This document shows, one piece after another, positions 7,801 to 16,701 of a DNA stretch of 64,000 nucleotides. Every line of letters begins with the position of its first letter. Within the stretch, counting starts at the first letter, position 1. Below the pieces are notes generated by a model. That model was not told where the DNA came from. It searched no databases and was given only the letters and a program-made list of their open reading frames with translations. A program made the position numbers and the translations under genes. The DNA comes from Deinococcales bacterium (lineage in GTDB: Bacteria > Deinococcota > Deinococci > Deinococcales > JAAFIG01), in the NCBI GenBank assembly GCA_025359505.1, contig JANYHH010000005.1, forward strand, positions 14,376-78,375, written 5' to 3'.

Positions 7801-9446
7801 CGAGCCTCGAGAGTGACCGCGCCTTGGATATGCTGTTCAAGGTCAGCAGCCTGCACAAAACGACTGGTTCGAGGAACGTGACGTTTCTGACCGCGACGCC
7901 GACCAAAAACTCGCCGCTCGAGCTGTTCAATATCCTCAAGCCGCTGGCGGGCGAGACGTTCACTCGGCTCGGCATCTTCGGGCCCGCGCAATTTGTGGAA
8001 CGCTATTGCCAGATCGAGACCGTGCTGCACCCGAACGCCGCTGGCACGCTCGAGGCGGTTCCGGGCGTTGTCGGTTTCAAGAACCTGACCGAGTTGCGCG
8101 GGTTGATGGCGCAGTTCATTTTGCACCGCACGGCTGAGGATGTCGGTTTGCAGATTCCCGATCTCGAGACGGTCGAACACGTTTTTGAGCTGAGCGCCCA
8201 CCAGCGGGCGGTGTATGTGCAGCTCAGGGAACAGGCGCAAATCGCCCTGAGCGACCCGCACGGCGAACACGGTATTCACCTCTTCAGCGTCTACGCGCAG
8301 ATGCGGCTGTTGACCCTCGAGCCAAGCCTGTACTCGAGCAGTTTGGATGTCAACCCGAGGTTTGAAAGAGCAGCACAAATCGCGGTGGACAGCATTCGGC
8401 GCGGTGGCAAGCTCGTGTGTTTCATGGATGTCGGCAATGCCAGCGAGGAGGACGAGGCTGGCTCGAGGCGCAAGCGATCGGGGCCAGACACCTTCGCCTT
8501 GCTGAAAAACGCTTTCGTTCACGCGGGCGTACCCGCCGAGTGGATCGCCATCGTCACTGCCGAGCGCGTGAAGGGTGCAAAGCGGCAGGCAATCGCGGAC
8601 GAGTACAACCTCGGGAAGCTGCGCGTGATCCTCGGCAGTACGGGGACGATTGGCGAGGGCTTCGACTTACAGGTCGGCACGACAGACCTGATTCACCTCG
8701 ACATCCCGTGGGATCCCGGCACGTTTCACCAGCGCGTCGGACGCGGGCATCGCCAAGGCAACGACGCGCCGCAATTGCGAAACCACATCCTGCTGGCTCG
8801 AGGGAGCTTCGACGGCTTGACCTACGCGACGATGCGCGGCAAGCGCGGTTGGCAACAGCAACTCTGGCACTCGAGCGAGGATCGCGTGCGAAACAGCGCG
8901 GTGCTGGGCTACGACGAGATGCTGGCGGCGTTGTCCGACGATCCAGACGCGGCCCGTTTGGAGATCGAACGCAAGCGGGCGGACATCGAAACCGCTCGCC
9001 TCGAGCAGCGGCGTGCGCTCGGGCTGGCGCAATTTCGTTTGTACATCGAAACGCTCGATCATCAGACCCTCGCGTGGCGTAAGGCGCTCGGGCGCAAAAA
9101 GGGCGCGACTGCCAACGACTCGCGGCTGCGCGAAAACTTCGAGCGGCAACTCGAGCGTTACCGTGAGGCATTGCGGGGCGATTCTAGCTTCGAGCATGGC
9201 GCTTTGCTAGACGGCAGACCGTGCCATCTAACGACGGGCGGCGTACCGCTTGGGGCGGGTTTAACCTTCGCGCTCAAGCTTCAGGGTGAGACGCAGACTT
9301 TTAGCGTTGAAGAGGTCGGTTTCCAACCCAACGACGACGGCAAATGGGTTCGCGCTGTAACGCTCAAGGGTGGAGCGCTGCGCGTGTTGAACGAGCGCGA
9401 CCTCGAAACCGCCCAGCTAGTTTCTCGTGCAGCAGTGCAAACCTAA
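4809..9446 (+). CDS. Fusion of an N6-adenine DNA methyltransferase and an SNF2-family helicase (1545 aa)
   Basis: The N-terminal part has the SAM motif I ALEPAAGTGIFLE and the catalytic motif IV GNPPFG. The C-terminal half has helicase motifs DTGLGKT (I), VDEAGSLKN (II), LTATPTKNSPLELFN (III) and GEGFDLQ...HQRVGRGHRQGN (V/VI). Confidence 0.85.
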   Translation: MTAIRKPEAAPFEGAVSFGANALERHGARGRETANADACQLAQRLETEGRDPTSDERQVLLAYSGVGGTTSSGSDHADGNTLGLLNEYYTPIKVARAVWRLLERLGFAGGQALEPAAGTGIFLETAPEAVRFTAVELNPDAARINRLLHPRAEVRSSSFEADCHHSDELEFELVIGNPPFGPRGLNALEGKPQWKSYAPYFVDAALDRLRDGGLLAFVLPSGLVTSNQHLAFRAHLLARARLRALVRLPVSTFAASGARAATDVIVLEKRPWVVGDTLAELIGRFGPRALASAAVLDAAARDFLQGQFYDSRPGYVLGEMVRDARWGGLICDGVLDAPTLERLANAPLLESPVGASSLGRLLKLLESSGAFTVLARAKNTDVRGALESAWASARSTGYPHREGLERADGYVFKFVKDGSRWTRGWQQAHTALHPAVASALEVAGKLRAFHEARGSRGDDPEALRVAALEALQMHIAAHGNPHASLLLTAAARVKPALYRLLGALRADGQIAPVLLEPHSPQLERSPDFETVCGQLDRARQLTLATLLEHWEGGTRLAARAALIESDAWMVTPDGRFTASQGYAVGNVLEKAALSRAQAENEPDFELHQKLLRQAEQLEALKPCRTLEEIGLTGTEGWIPAAILQAWLEEAYPFLEYLRDETNGRVTITLDPERLREARVTRGQADDDAKRLSRFFNLEHTAKMVTDAQQLSSEQYAAARKARIEQAQQGERALSLKFLHFVAGDLELRGLLEERYNALFNGFFAGEDDTRPLALAGWAEPTLHSYQNHGVRFAEGRANGLIAFDTGLGKTLVGTAITESWLESGRASRTMIVVPKGLLVNWARTLDRAIPFRRVVTVGISARADGTQLEDEVAVVLEKLHEFALGAYDVALVSREWFRRLRLRPDTLREMIAREAALLAVDDVEIEDEDDQPTARAQTLTLAERQSLLALRVAQGNALPQIHFEDLGIDALIVDEAGSLKNLYTAPTYFGKKPKFMGASLESDRALDMLFKVSSLHKTTGSRNVTFLTATPTKNSPLELFNILKPLAGETFTRLGIFGPAQFVERYCQIETVLHPNAAGTLEAVPGVVGFKNLTELRGLMAQFILHRTAEDVGLQIPDLETVEHVFELSAHQRAVYVQLREQAQIALSDPHGEHGIHLFSVYAQMRLLTLEPSLYSSSLDVNPRFERAAQIAVDSIRRGGKLVCFMDVGNASEEDEAGSRRKRSGPDTFALLKNAFVHAGVPAEWIAIVTAERVKGAKRQAIADEYNLGKLRVILGSTGTIGEGFDLQVGTTDLIHLDIPWDPGTFHQRVGRGHRQGNDAPQLRNHILLARGSFDGLTYATMRGKRGWQQQLWHSSEDRVRNSAVLGYDEMLAALSDDPDAARLEIERKRADIETARLEQRRALGLAQFRLYIETLDHQTLAWRKALGRKKGATANDSRLRENFERQLERYREALRGDSSFEHGALLDGRPCHLTTGGVPLGAGLTFALKLQGETQTFSVEEVGFQPNDDGKWVRAVTLKGGALRVLNERDLETAQLVSRAAVQT

Positions 9447-9540
9447 ATCGCTTGCTCGCTCGGGATTGTCCAGACACAAATCAGTCTGGACAATCCCTCC
9501 CTCACGCGCTGACTTGAGGACAGCGAAAGGAGGTGAAGCG

Positions 9541-9897
9541 ATGCAAATAAGCGCACCAAACCGCCGTCCGCTCGAGCCAGCGATCCTCGAGCGATTCCGC
9601 GCACAGGGTATTAAAGTGGCGCAATTCGCCTATTTCGAGAACCACGACGAGTGGCAACTCGAGGACATCCGCGTCGCGTATCAGAACGGCGCAGTCATCG
9701 AAGAGCCGTACAGCGACGCGCTCGAGCCTGATCTTTGCGCGTTGCTCGAGGAAGTCGGTTTCGATGGCGGCTATGTGCTCATCGAAGTTGACGTGGGGAC
9801 AGCCACGCAACTCGACCAAGCCTTCTTGCTCGAGCTGCGTTGGTGGCAGCTCGACGAGGCGACGCAACGGGCACTCGAGGACGCTGGAGCGGTGTAA
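9541..9897 (+). CDS. Hypothetical protein
   Basis: AAAGGAGGTG lies 5 nt upstream of the ATG at 9541. The ORF-track start at 9427 has no RBS. Confidence 0.55.
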   Translation: MQISAPNRRPLEPAILERFRAQGIKVAQFAYFENHDEWQLEDIRVAYQNGAVIEEPYSDALEPDLCALLEEVGFDGGYVLIEVDVGTATQLDQAFLLELRWWQLDEATQRALEDAGAV

Positions 9898-9932
9898 ATC
9901 GCCCGCTGGGACGGTGAAAGGAGGTCAAGCCA

Positions 9933-10349
9933 ATGGCACATTCGTACCATCATACGCTCTCGAGCGTTAAGCAGTGGGGCGGTAACGTAGAGGATTACAT
10001 CGCGCTGCACGCATTTTTTGATCACAGCAAAGCGCTCTATCCAGGCCCACAGCATCGGGCGCTGCTGCACCACAGCGCGGGCATTTTCCTGCTCGAGCGC
10101 TGCTTTGGTCAGACCATCACGCTCTCGAGCGGCAAAGTCATCCCGACGCGCTGGGTCGGCGAGCAGCACGTACAGGAGGACTTGGGCGGGCGCATCCCGA
10201 CGTTTCAGGATTGGCTGGTTGGCATTGCCGAAGCCGGGCTGGACGCGCACGGTCGGTTGATCGCGCAGCCGTGGATGCACCGCGAAGCGCTCGCGCTTTC
10301 CAAAACGCTCGAGCGCGAAAACACACGAACTCAGGAGGAACAACCATGA
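9933..10349 (+). CDS. Hypothetical protein (His-rich N-terminus MAHSYHHTLSSVKQWGG)
   Basis: AAAGGAGG RBS upstream of the ATG. Its stop overlaps the next start (ATGA at 10346-10349). Confidence 0.55.
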   Translation: MAHSYHHTLSSVKQWGGNVEDYIALHAFFDHSKALYPGPQHRALLHHSAGIFLLERCFGQTITLSSGKVIPTRWVGEQHVQEDLGGRIPTFQDWLVGIAEAGLDAHGRLIAQPWMHREALALSKTLERENTRTQEEQP

Positions 10350-12604
10350 GCGACCCGACCACGATGCCCACAACCCTCGAGACCGCCAGCCGCGAAGCGC
10401 TCGAGGCGTTGTTTGACGCGGGCGTCTTTGAAGAACACCTCGCGCTGACCTTCGAGGGTTTCGATGACGCTGACCTCGAAGCGGAAGTTCACGGCGTTCT
10501 GCTCGAGTACGGCGCGGTTCAGCAGAGCGAGGACACCTATCAGTTTCCCGACCTCGACCGCTTGCGCTCGTTCATGAACGCGGTGACAGATGAACTCGAG
10601 GGCGAAAGTGATGGTCTCGAACAAGCAACGGCTGATGCGGACGAATTCATTGTTTTCGATGACCTGCCGTGGCACGTGCCTGAGGTGGAGGCGTTGCCCG
10701 ACAGTGAGACGGAAACTCTGCGACTGCCCGCACGGGGCTATCAGCTTCGTAAAATCCCCTTTTCCAAAATACGCGTGACGCCCGCCAACAACCCGCGCAA
10801 GAAATCGGCTCGAGCAGGTATTGCGCGACTGGCGCACAACATCGCCCAGCGCGGCTTGCAGCAACCCGTGACCGTGCGCCCCATCGCGGAGGACGGTCTC
10901 GAGGAGGGTGACGCGTTCGAGTTGGTGTTTGGCTACCGTCGCCACGCAGCGATTGGCTACGCGATGCTTCAGGGCTGGCTGCCCGAGGACGACGATGTGA
11001 TCTGCATCGTGCGTCGCCTCAACGACTCGCAGGCGCGGCTCGCAGCGCTGACCGAGAACGAGGAGCGCGAGGAAGTGGACAAACTCGACCTCGCCGAGGG
11101 CTGGGCGCGGCTGCGCTTAACGCAGAGCGAGTCGAGCATCGCCAACGCCGCTGGGGTCACGCTGACCGAGGTGCGGCGCTGCCTGAAGGTTGCCTTCGGA
11201 GTCTGTGACGAAGCGAAGCTGCTTTATCGGGCAGGCAACCTATCGTGGGCAGCCCTGATTAACCTGACTTACGGCGCGCAGGAGGTGCAGCGCCAGTATC
11301 TCGAGGGCGCGGCGGGCGCAGCGTGGCAGCTCTCGCCGGAGTACGTGCGGCAGGGCATGACGGCGACTGATTTCAAACTCGCCCACGCCCGCTTTACGCT
11401 CGAGGAGTACGAGGCGGCGGGCGGTCAGCTCGAAACCGACCTGTGGAGTTCACGCGAGGGCACGCGGCTACTCAGTCAGCCGGTGATCGAGCGCTTGCAG
11501 CGGGCTTGGGCAGAAAATCACGTCAAAGCCTTGCGGGATCAGGGCTTCGCGTTCGTCGAGTTGCGCTCAGGTGAGTGGACGTGGTGGTCGGAGTTCAATC
11601 AGGTCGCTCGGGCTACCGAAAGCGCGGGGGCGGTCGTTCACCTGCGCCCAGACTGGTCAGTGGACGTGATCGAGAATATTGTGCCGAGCGCGGCAATCAC
11701 GGGCAATCGCACAGCGCTAGCAGCGGGCAATTCAGACGGCTCGAGTACCGCCAGTGCCGAGCCGAAATCCGCCTACAGCGAAGCGGGCGTGACACTCGCC
11801 CGACGGCTTCGCACGGCCGCGCTGCAAAGCGCGATCCTCGAGAACCACGACCGGAAGTTGCCGCTGGCGCTGGCAGTCATGGGTTTCCTCGGAGAGCGCG
11901 AGTTGCGGATGTCCGTCAAACTGCTCGGTGAAACCGACGCGATCAGCTCAGCATCGGTACTGGCTGAACTCGAGCGCTTCGCTCAACTCCTGCCGCACCT
12001 GCGCTTCAGCCCCTCGAGCGGCTTGAGTCTGGGCAGCGTTTACCAGCATGGCTCAGCGCGGCTCGAGACTTTGCAAGCGCTGCTGAACCTGCCGCAGTCC
12101 GACCTCGAGCGGCTGCATCGCCTGCTGGTCGCCACCCTGATCGGTGATTTCAGTGCCGCCACCGATGGCAACCTTCAGGGGCGCAAGCGCTCGTTGAAGG
12201 TGGACGGGCTGATCGCCGCGCTGGCCGCGCATCTCGAGGTCAAGGGTGGCGAAGCGCTCGAGGTCACGGAGGCGTACCTGAAAGCGATCAGTTTTCGCAA
12301 GGCGAAGCTGCGCCCGTACCTCGCGCACGCTTTCGGCGAGCAGATCGCCACGGCGCTGCTCGAGAGTCCAAAGGCGAAGATCATCGCCGAGTTGATGACG
12401 CACAAGGACAAGCTGAACGGTTTCACGCCGCCTGAACTGGATTTCGCCGCCAACGCTGGTCAGACTGCCAAGCTCGAAGTCAATGGTAGCGCGTTCGACG
12501 ATTGGGACGATGCTGATTCGCTCGAGACCGACTCGAACCTCGTATCAGAGGACGATCTGGACTCACTCGAGCCAGAACCGGAGGCGCTCGCAGCGGATGA
12601 CTAA
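10346..12604 (+). CDS. ParB/Srx-like nuclease-domain protein with a long C-terminal extension and an acidic tail
   Basis: The ParB N-terminal domain is seen as IRVTPANNPRK...LAHNIAQRGLQQPVTVRP...LVFGYRRHAA. AGGAGG lies upstream of the ATG at 10346. Followed by the hairpin at 12613-12643. Confidence 0.8.
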   Translation: MSDPTTMPTTLETASREALEALFDAGVFEEHLALTFEGFDDADLEAEVHGVLLEYGAVQQSEDTYQFPDLDRLRSFMNAVTDELEGESDGLEQATADADEFIVFDDLPWHVPEVEALPDSETETLRLPARGYQLRKIPFSKIRVTPANNPRKKSARAGIARLAHNIAQRGLQQPVTVRPIAEDGLEEGDAFELVFGYRRHAAIGYAMLQGWLPEDDDVICIVRRLNDSQARLAALTENEEREEVDKLDLAEGWARLRLTQSESSIANAAGVTLTEVRRCLKVAFGVCDEAKLLYRAGNLSWAALINLTYGAQEVQRQYLEGAAGAAWQLSPEYVRQGMTATDFKLAHARFTLEEYEAAGGQLETDLWSSREGTRLLSQPVIERLQRAWAENHVKALRDQGFAFVELRSGEWTWWSEFNQVARATESAGAVVHLRPDWSVDVIENIVPSAAITGNRTALAAGNSDGSSTASAEPKSAYSEAGVTLARRLRTAALQSAILENHDRKLPLALAVMGFLGERELRMSVKLLGETDAISSASVLAELERFAQLLPHLRFSPSSGLSLGSVYQHGSARLETLQALLNLPQSDLERLHRLLVATLIGDFSAATDGNLQGRKRSLKVDGLIAALAAHLEVKGGEALEVTEAYLKAISFRKAKLRPYLAHAFGEQIATALLESPKAKIIAELMTHKDKLNGFTPPELDFAANAGQTAKLEVNGSAFDDWDDADSLETDSNLVSEDDLDSLEPEPEALAADD

Positions 12605-12612
12605 AAACCACC

Positions 12613-12643
12613 GGGAGCGAAACGCACAATGCGTTTCGCTCCC
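12613..12643. terminator. Bidirectional hairpin between convergent genes
   Basis: GGGAGCGAAACGCA-caa-TGCGTTTCGCTCCC, a 14-bp perfect stem. Confidence 0.55.
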
Positions 12644-12659
12644 AGCCTGACGCGGGAAC

Positions 12660-13802
12660 TCAGTTCACAACGCGGCCAGCGTTTTTAGCCTGCCGAGCGA
12701 GCACGGTACGCATCTGCACTGCCATGACCTCACGGTCTGCCGTGCCGCGCAGCCACAGCTCGCCGTCTCGAGTCCCGCGCCCGTACAGCCGTTCACTGCG
12801 CTGACCGACACTACCGTTGCAGAGTTCGATCACCCGCGCCTGATTCGGCAGCAGCACTGGCGTACCACGCGGCTTTCCGACCACCCGAATCGTGCCACCG
12901 CGAATGCGGTCGCGCTGCGGGTCAACGAATGGTTCAGCTTCGTCCGCGCACCAGCAGCGCACGCGGGCAACCTCTTCACCATCAATCACCACCCGCGCAT
13001 AGCCCGTTTCGCGGCTCGAAGCCTCGAAATGTGCCGTTTCGCCGATCTCGAGGATTTCGGGAATGACCTCGACACCGGGCAATGGCACGGCTCTGGCTGG
13101 CTCGAGCGTCTGCACAACGTCGAGAACGGGCGGTGCGGTCAGCCTCGGGCAGCGCTGCGCCAGCGTTCTCGCCTCGAGCAGCATCTTTCGCGCCAACAAT
13201 TGAGCTTGCGGATGCGTCGCACGCCATTCGAGCCGTTCGCCCTGAATCACCTGCGCCGCGATGGCCGCCACGTAGCGCCTCGAAAACCCGCGCCTTTTTC
13301 CCACATCCTCGAGCGTCGCCTCGAGCCGATCTGCCCGCACGCTCAATCGCGCGGTCTCCCGTCCATTTGCCGTGAAAGTCACGACAAATGGAAAGCGGGG
13401 ATAGAGGTCATCGCGGGTCGCCCAACCACCCGCACCGCTGTACCCCGCCCGCCAACGTTTGCGCGTTTCGGCGTTCGGGAATTGCTGGCGGGCGTCGTGA
13501 TAGACCCTATAGCTCGAGACCACTTCGGGCTGACTTTCCCTGAGTCGATCCGCGAGCTTCATTACCGCGTACAGCACCGCTTGCGCCGCGTTGCGCTCCA
13601 CGGGCAGCGCTTCTACCAACACACGCTGCCCCTTGACCTGTGCTCGAGCGGCCAGCTCGAGATCGCGCCGCACTTGCTGGCATTGCGGCGATTGGCCCGC
13701 GTACTGTTCGCGCAAGTAAGCCAGAAACGCTTCCTTGCTAGCGAGCAGTGCGCCCTGAGACTCGAGGTCGAGCTGCGAGACGAACTGGTGAACAGAGAGC
13801 AT
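12660..13802 (-). CDS. Hypothetical protein (380 aa)
   Basis: ORF with a GGAGACAGGAG-type RBS upstream of the internal ATG (MLSVHQF...). The longer ORF-track start at 13928 lacks an RBS. No family recognised. Confidence 0.5.
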   Translation of the reverse strand: MLSVHQFVSQLDLESQGALLASKEAFLAYLREQYAGQSPQCQQVRRDLELAARAQVKGQRVLVEALPVERNAAQAVLYAVMKLADRLRESQPEVVSSYRVYHDARQQFPNAETRKRWRAGYSGAGGWATRDDLYPRFPFVVTFTANGRETARLSVRADRLEATLEDVGKRRGFSRRYVAAIAAQVIQGERLEWRATHPQAQLLARKMLLEARTLAQRCPRLTAPPVLDVVQTLEPARAVPLPGVEVIPEILEIGETAHFEASSRETGYARVVIDGEEVARVRCWCADEAEPFVDPQRDRIRGGTIRVVGKPRGTPVLLPNQARVIELCNGSVGQRSERLYGRGTRDGELWLRGTADREVMAVQMRTVLARQAKNAGRVVN

Positions 13803-14120
13803 AAAACTCCTGTCTCCAGCGGCATTGAAACCCGTTCGCTTCACCCGAGGGTGCGCGAATGTAATTTCGCGCCACTGGGATGTAAATGAAGGGCTTCGCC
13901 GCGCTGCCACGCGACCCGCTCGAGCCAAAACACTGACTTGACCTGTGAACCTCCTTCCCTGTCAATGAACCCGATGCCCCGGTCGAGAGACGCGGCTCTG
14001 CATCGCCCCGAGTGTCGTCACCGGCCGAGGTCAGCGCCCTCGAGCTGCGCGATATCAAGGAGGGCGCTTGACATCGCTCAACGCTCGGGCCGACACAGCC
14101 CCGTTGAAAGGAGATCAGGT

Positions 14121-14336
14121 ATGGCCATTGGAACAGGTGATCAATCGAATTTCGAGACGATTCTCAAAGCCGCCGAGCGCGGCGATCTCGCCTTGCTCGA
14201 GTGCGAGGACACGGTTTCGGGCACAACGCTGCGCGTGGTCTGCGCGATTAACCGACGCGGCAAAGAGTTCGAGTTCGTGCCGCTGGCGAAGCTCTTCGCG
14301 GGCGACCCGTACAGCGAGGTGAAACCACCGATGTAA
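14121..14336 (+). CDS. Small hypothetical protein (71 aa)
   Basis: AAAGGAG RBS lies 7 nt upstream of the ATG at 14121. Confidence 0.5.
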   Translation: MAIGTGDQSNFETILKAAERGDLALLECEDTVSGTTLRVVCAINRRGKEFEFVPLAKLFAGDPYSEVKPPM

Positions 14337-14414
14337 CCGCAGAAGTTTACATCGATTCGAGCGAAGTCACCGCTCGAGGGTTTGCCTCGAGCGGGTATTG
14401 ATCTGGAGGATTTT

Positions 14415-15179
14415 ATGAACGCAATGCAGCCCGTGAACCTCGCCGCAGTTCCGAGCATTTACGCCACGCATCCCAGCGCTAAAGTCAGCGAGCGCTACGG
14501 CTTCATCCCGACCAGCGCCATCGTTCACGCGCTCGAGGGAGCGGGCTTCGTTGCAGTCAGGGCACAAGCAGCGAGAGCCAGCGCCGAACGTGTCGCCTTC
14601 GCCAAGCACCTGATTCGCTTTCGTCACCGCGATCACCTGACCACGCAAGTCGGCGATTGGCTGCCCGAGGTTGTGCTGGTCAATTCACACGATGGCAGCT
14701 CGAGTTACCGCGTGATGGCGGGCGTGTTCAGGCTGGTGTGTTTGAATGGCTTGGTGATTGGCAACTCCGTCTCTGAAGCTAGAGTGCGGCACACCAAGAA
14801 TGCGCCTGACGAGATCGTGGACGCGAGTTTTCGCGTGATCGAGTCGCTACCGGGGATTGCGGACAGCGTGAATACCATGCGTTCACAGCGGCTCGAGCCG
14901 TTCGAGCGCGAGGCGTTTGCGACCGCCGCGCTGACCCTGCGCTACCCAGACGACGCCCCGATTCGCTCGAGCCAATTGTTGTCCACAAGGCGGGCTGTGG
15001 ACAATGCCCCAGACTTGTGGAGAACGTTCAATGTCGTGCAGGAAAACCTACTGCGCGGTGGGCAGCGGCGCATGGACTCGAGGCGGCGTACGCGGGGCAT
15101 CTCGAGCGTGGGCGAGGACGTGCGGCTGAACCGGGCCCTGTGGACGTTGGCGGAGGAACTGAAAAAATTGAGGGCGTGA
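14415..15179 (+). CDS. DUF932 (phage/plasmid-like) family protein
   Basis: LVNSHDGSSSYRVMAGVFRLVCLNGLV is the signature region of DUF932/DUF945. GGAGG RBS upstream of the ATG at 14415. Confidence 0.75.
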   Translation: MNAMQPVNLAAVPSIYATHPSAKVSERYGFIPTSAIVHALEGAGFVAVRAQAARASAERVAFAKHLIRFRHRDHLTTQVGDWLPEVVLVNSHDGSSSYRVMAGVFRLVCLNGLVIGNSVSEARVRHTKNAPDEIVDASFRVIESLPGIADSVNTMRSQRLEPFEREAFATAALTLRYPDDAPIRSSQLLSTRRAVDNAPDLWRTFNVVQENLLRGGQRRMDSRRRTRGISSVGEDVRLNRALWTLAEELKKLRA

Positions 15180-15212
15180 CAGACGAGCGGTTAAACAGGT
15201 AATCTGCCATTG

Positions 15213-16489
15213 CTACCGTACTGCATCAAATTGTTTCAGTGCGGTGGCAATGGCATTGTCTGTTGTAGGCAACGAATTCTTGAAGGCGTTGTCTACAGTG
15301 ATGTCTGGGGTGACGCGACCCGGAAACCGCATACCGTCAAGCTGCTCATAGCGCCGATCTCCGTAATACAGCACATCCTCGCCACCATTCAGTCTCTCTG
15401 TGGTCGCGCTCGAGTCCAAACCGCCCGCCGTGGGCTGACCAATGACGACGGCCCGATTGGTCTGTTGCAAGATGTAGGCGAGGTGTTCACCCGCGCTGTA
15501 AGTGCGACTCGAGGTCAACACGATGAGCTTGCCCCTGAATTGGCTGGGGCGCTCGAGTTTACCCTCGAAGACACCGCGTTCGGATTCGTTGGCTGCGTTG
15601 CGCCATTCAACCTGGCCACTCACGTACTTGAACAGATACTTCGTTCCTGCTTTGTCGATCAGGGCGCGTTGCGGCGGCTCAGTAAAAGCGGCGGCAATTT
15701 TCATGCTGGTAATGCTTGTTCCACCGTCGTTATGACGTAAGTCGAGGATCAGGTTTTTCGCGCTAGACGCGTTGACTTGCTCGATCAGACGATGGGTCAG
15801 TGTATCCACGTAAAACTGCCCCAGTTCGTAAAGCCGGATGCGCATTGTGTCGGCTCTGATTCGATCAAGCTGCGGCTCGAGCGTGCGGTTAAAGGTTGCT
15901 CGAATGGTCACCGTAAACTTTTTACCGTTACGCATCAAATCAATTTTCGTTTCGGAAAACGAAAATTGATTTGATGCAGTGAGCGCTGCAAGGTGCTCGG
16001 CTCAGCAGATTTACCATTGACTGCGGTGATCGTGTCACCGACGAGGATATCTGCACGGCTGGCTGGGGAGTCGGGGTAGACATCGTTGACGTAAAGCGCC
16101 TTCATATCGTCGGTGAGAAATATGCCAAACCGCCCCGAAACATTGGGGTCACCAACCAAGGACTGCCGCTCAAGAAGATCGTTGTACAGAACCAGATGGG
16201 CGTCATCAAACGACGCCAGCATCTGTTGAATGACCATGCGGCCTTTGTCTACCTGACAGGCAGTCACCTGGGGGCAGACTCGTTTCAGATCAGCGCGATA
16301 GGTGGCAATGATGCTGGGAATATCGGCGGCTCGAGGGTTGATGTACTGCTGCTCAAGGATTGCTGCCACCGCATCGAATAGTTGAATCCCATTGAAGCTT
16401 TGTGCAGCGAGCGGGTGTGCTGTCAAGAACAAAACAACAATGGCGAGTATTCCTCTCGCCATTGTCAACGGTTTCTTGTTTATCAGCAA
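15213..16489 (-). pseudogene. S41-family (tail-specific/CtpA-like) peptidase with a signal peptide and PDZ domain, split into two ORFs by a palindromic insertion
   Basis: The N-terminal ORF (16489-15935) carries the signal peptide and PDZ-like region. The C-terminal ORF (15938-15213) carries LDLRHNDGG...VLTSSRTYSAGEHLA. Deleting 47 nt (15931-15977) fuses them in frame as ...LQRSL-NGKKFTV... Confidence 0.65.
15932..15977. repeat. 46-bp AT-rich perfect palindrome (21-bp arms, 4-nt loop) inserted in the S41 peptidase gene
   Basis: GCATCAAATCAATTTTCGTTT-cgga-AAACGAAAATTGATTTGATGC. It supplies the premature stop codon. Confidence 0.85.
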
Positions 16490-16701
16490 CTGCCACCCCC
16501 GCCGCCACCATTACCGGGATTCGGGTCGGTGGGTAGTGCCGAGCCTGCCTGTCCACTATCAGTCTGGAGGGTGACTTGACCGTCGCACAGAGTCACAGCG
16601 TTATTTGATTGCGGATTGACTGATGTTTCTGGCACTGGCGTTTGATTGCAGCCGGTAATGGCCATGGCTGCGATGAGTAGGCTCGAGACGATTCTTTTCA
16701 T
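16483..16701 (-). CDS. Small lipoprotein with a Gly-rich C-terminus
   Basis: The lipobox is LLIAAMAITGC and the C-terminal tail is NPGNGGGGGGSC. ATGA overlap with the upstream 592-aa gene, and a 7-nt overlap with the S41 gene start. Confidence 0.55.
   Translation of the reverse strand: MKRIVSSLLIAAMAITGCNQTPVPETSVNPQSNNAVTLCDGQVTLQTDSGQAGSALPTDPNPGNGGGGGGSC

Noticed and set aside
7410-8522. A 370-aa ORF on the minus strand inside the methylase-helicase gene
   Set aside because: It is antisense to a gene with clear helicase motifs and is an Arg/Leu/Ala-rich shadow ORF of the kind seen in high-GC DNA. It has no RBS and no recognisable domain.
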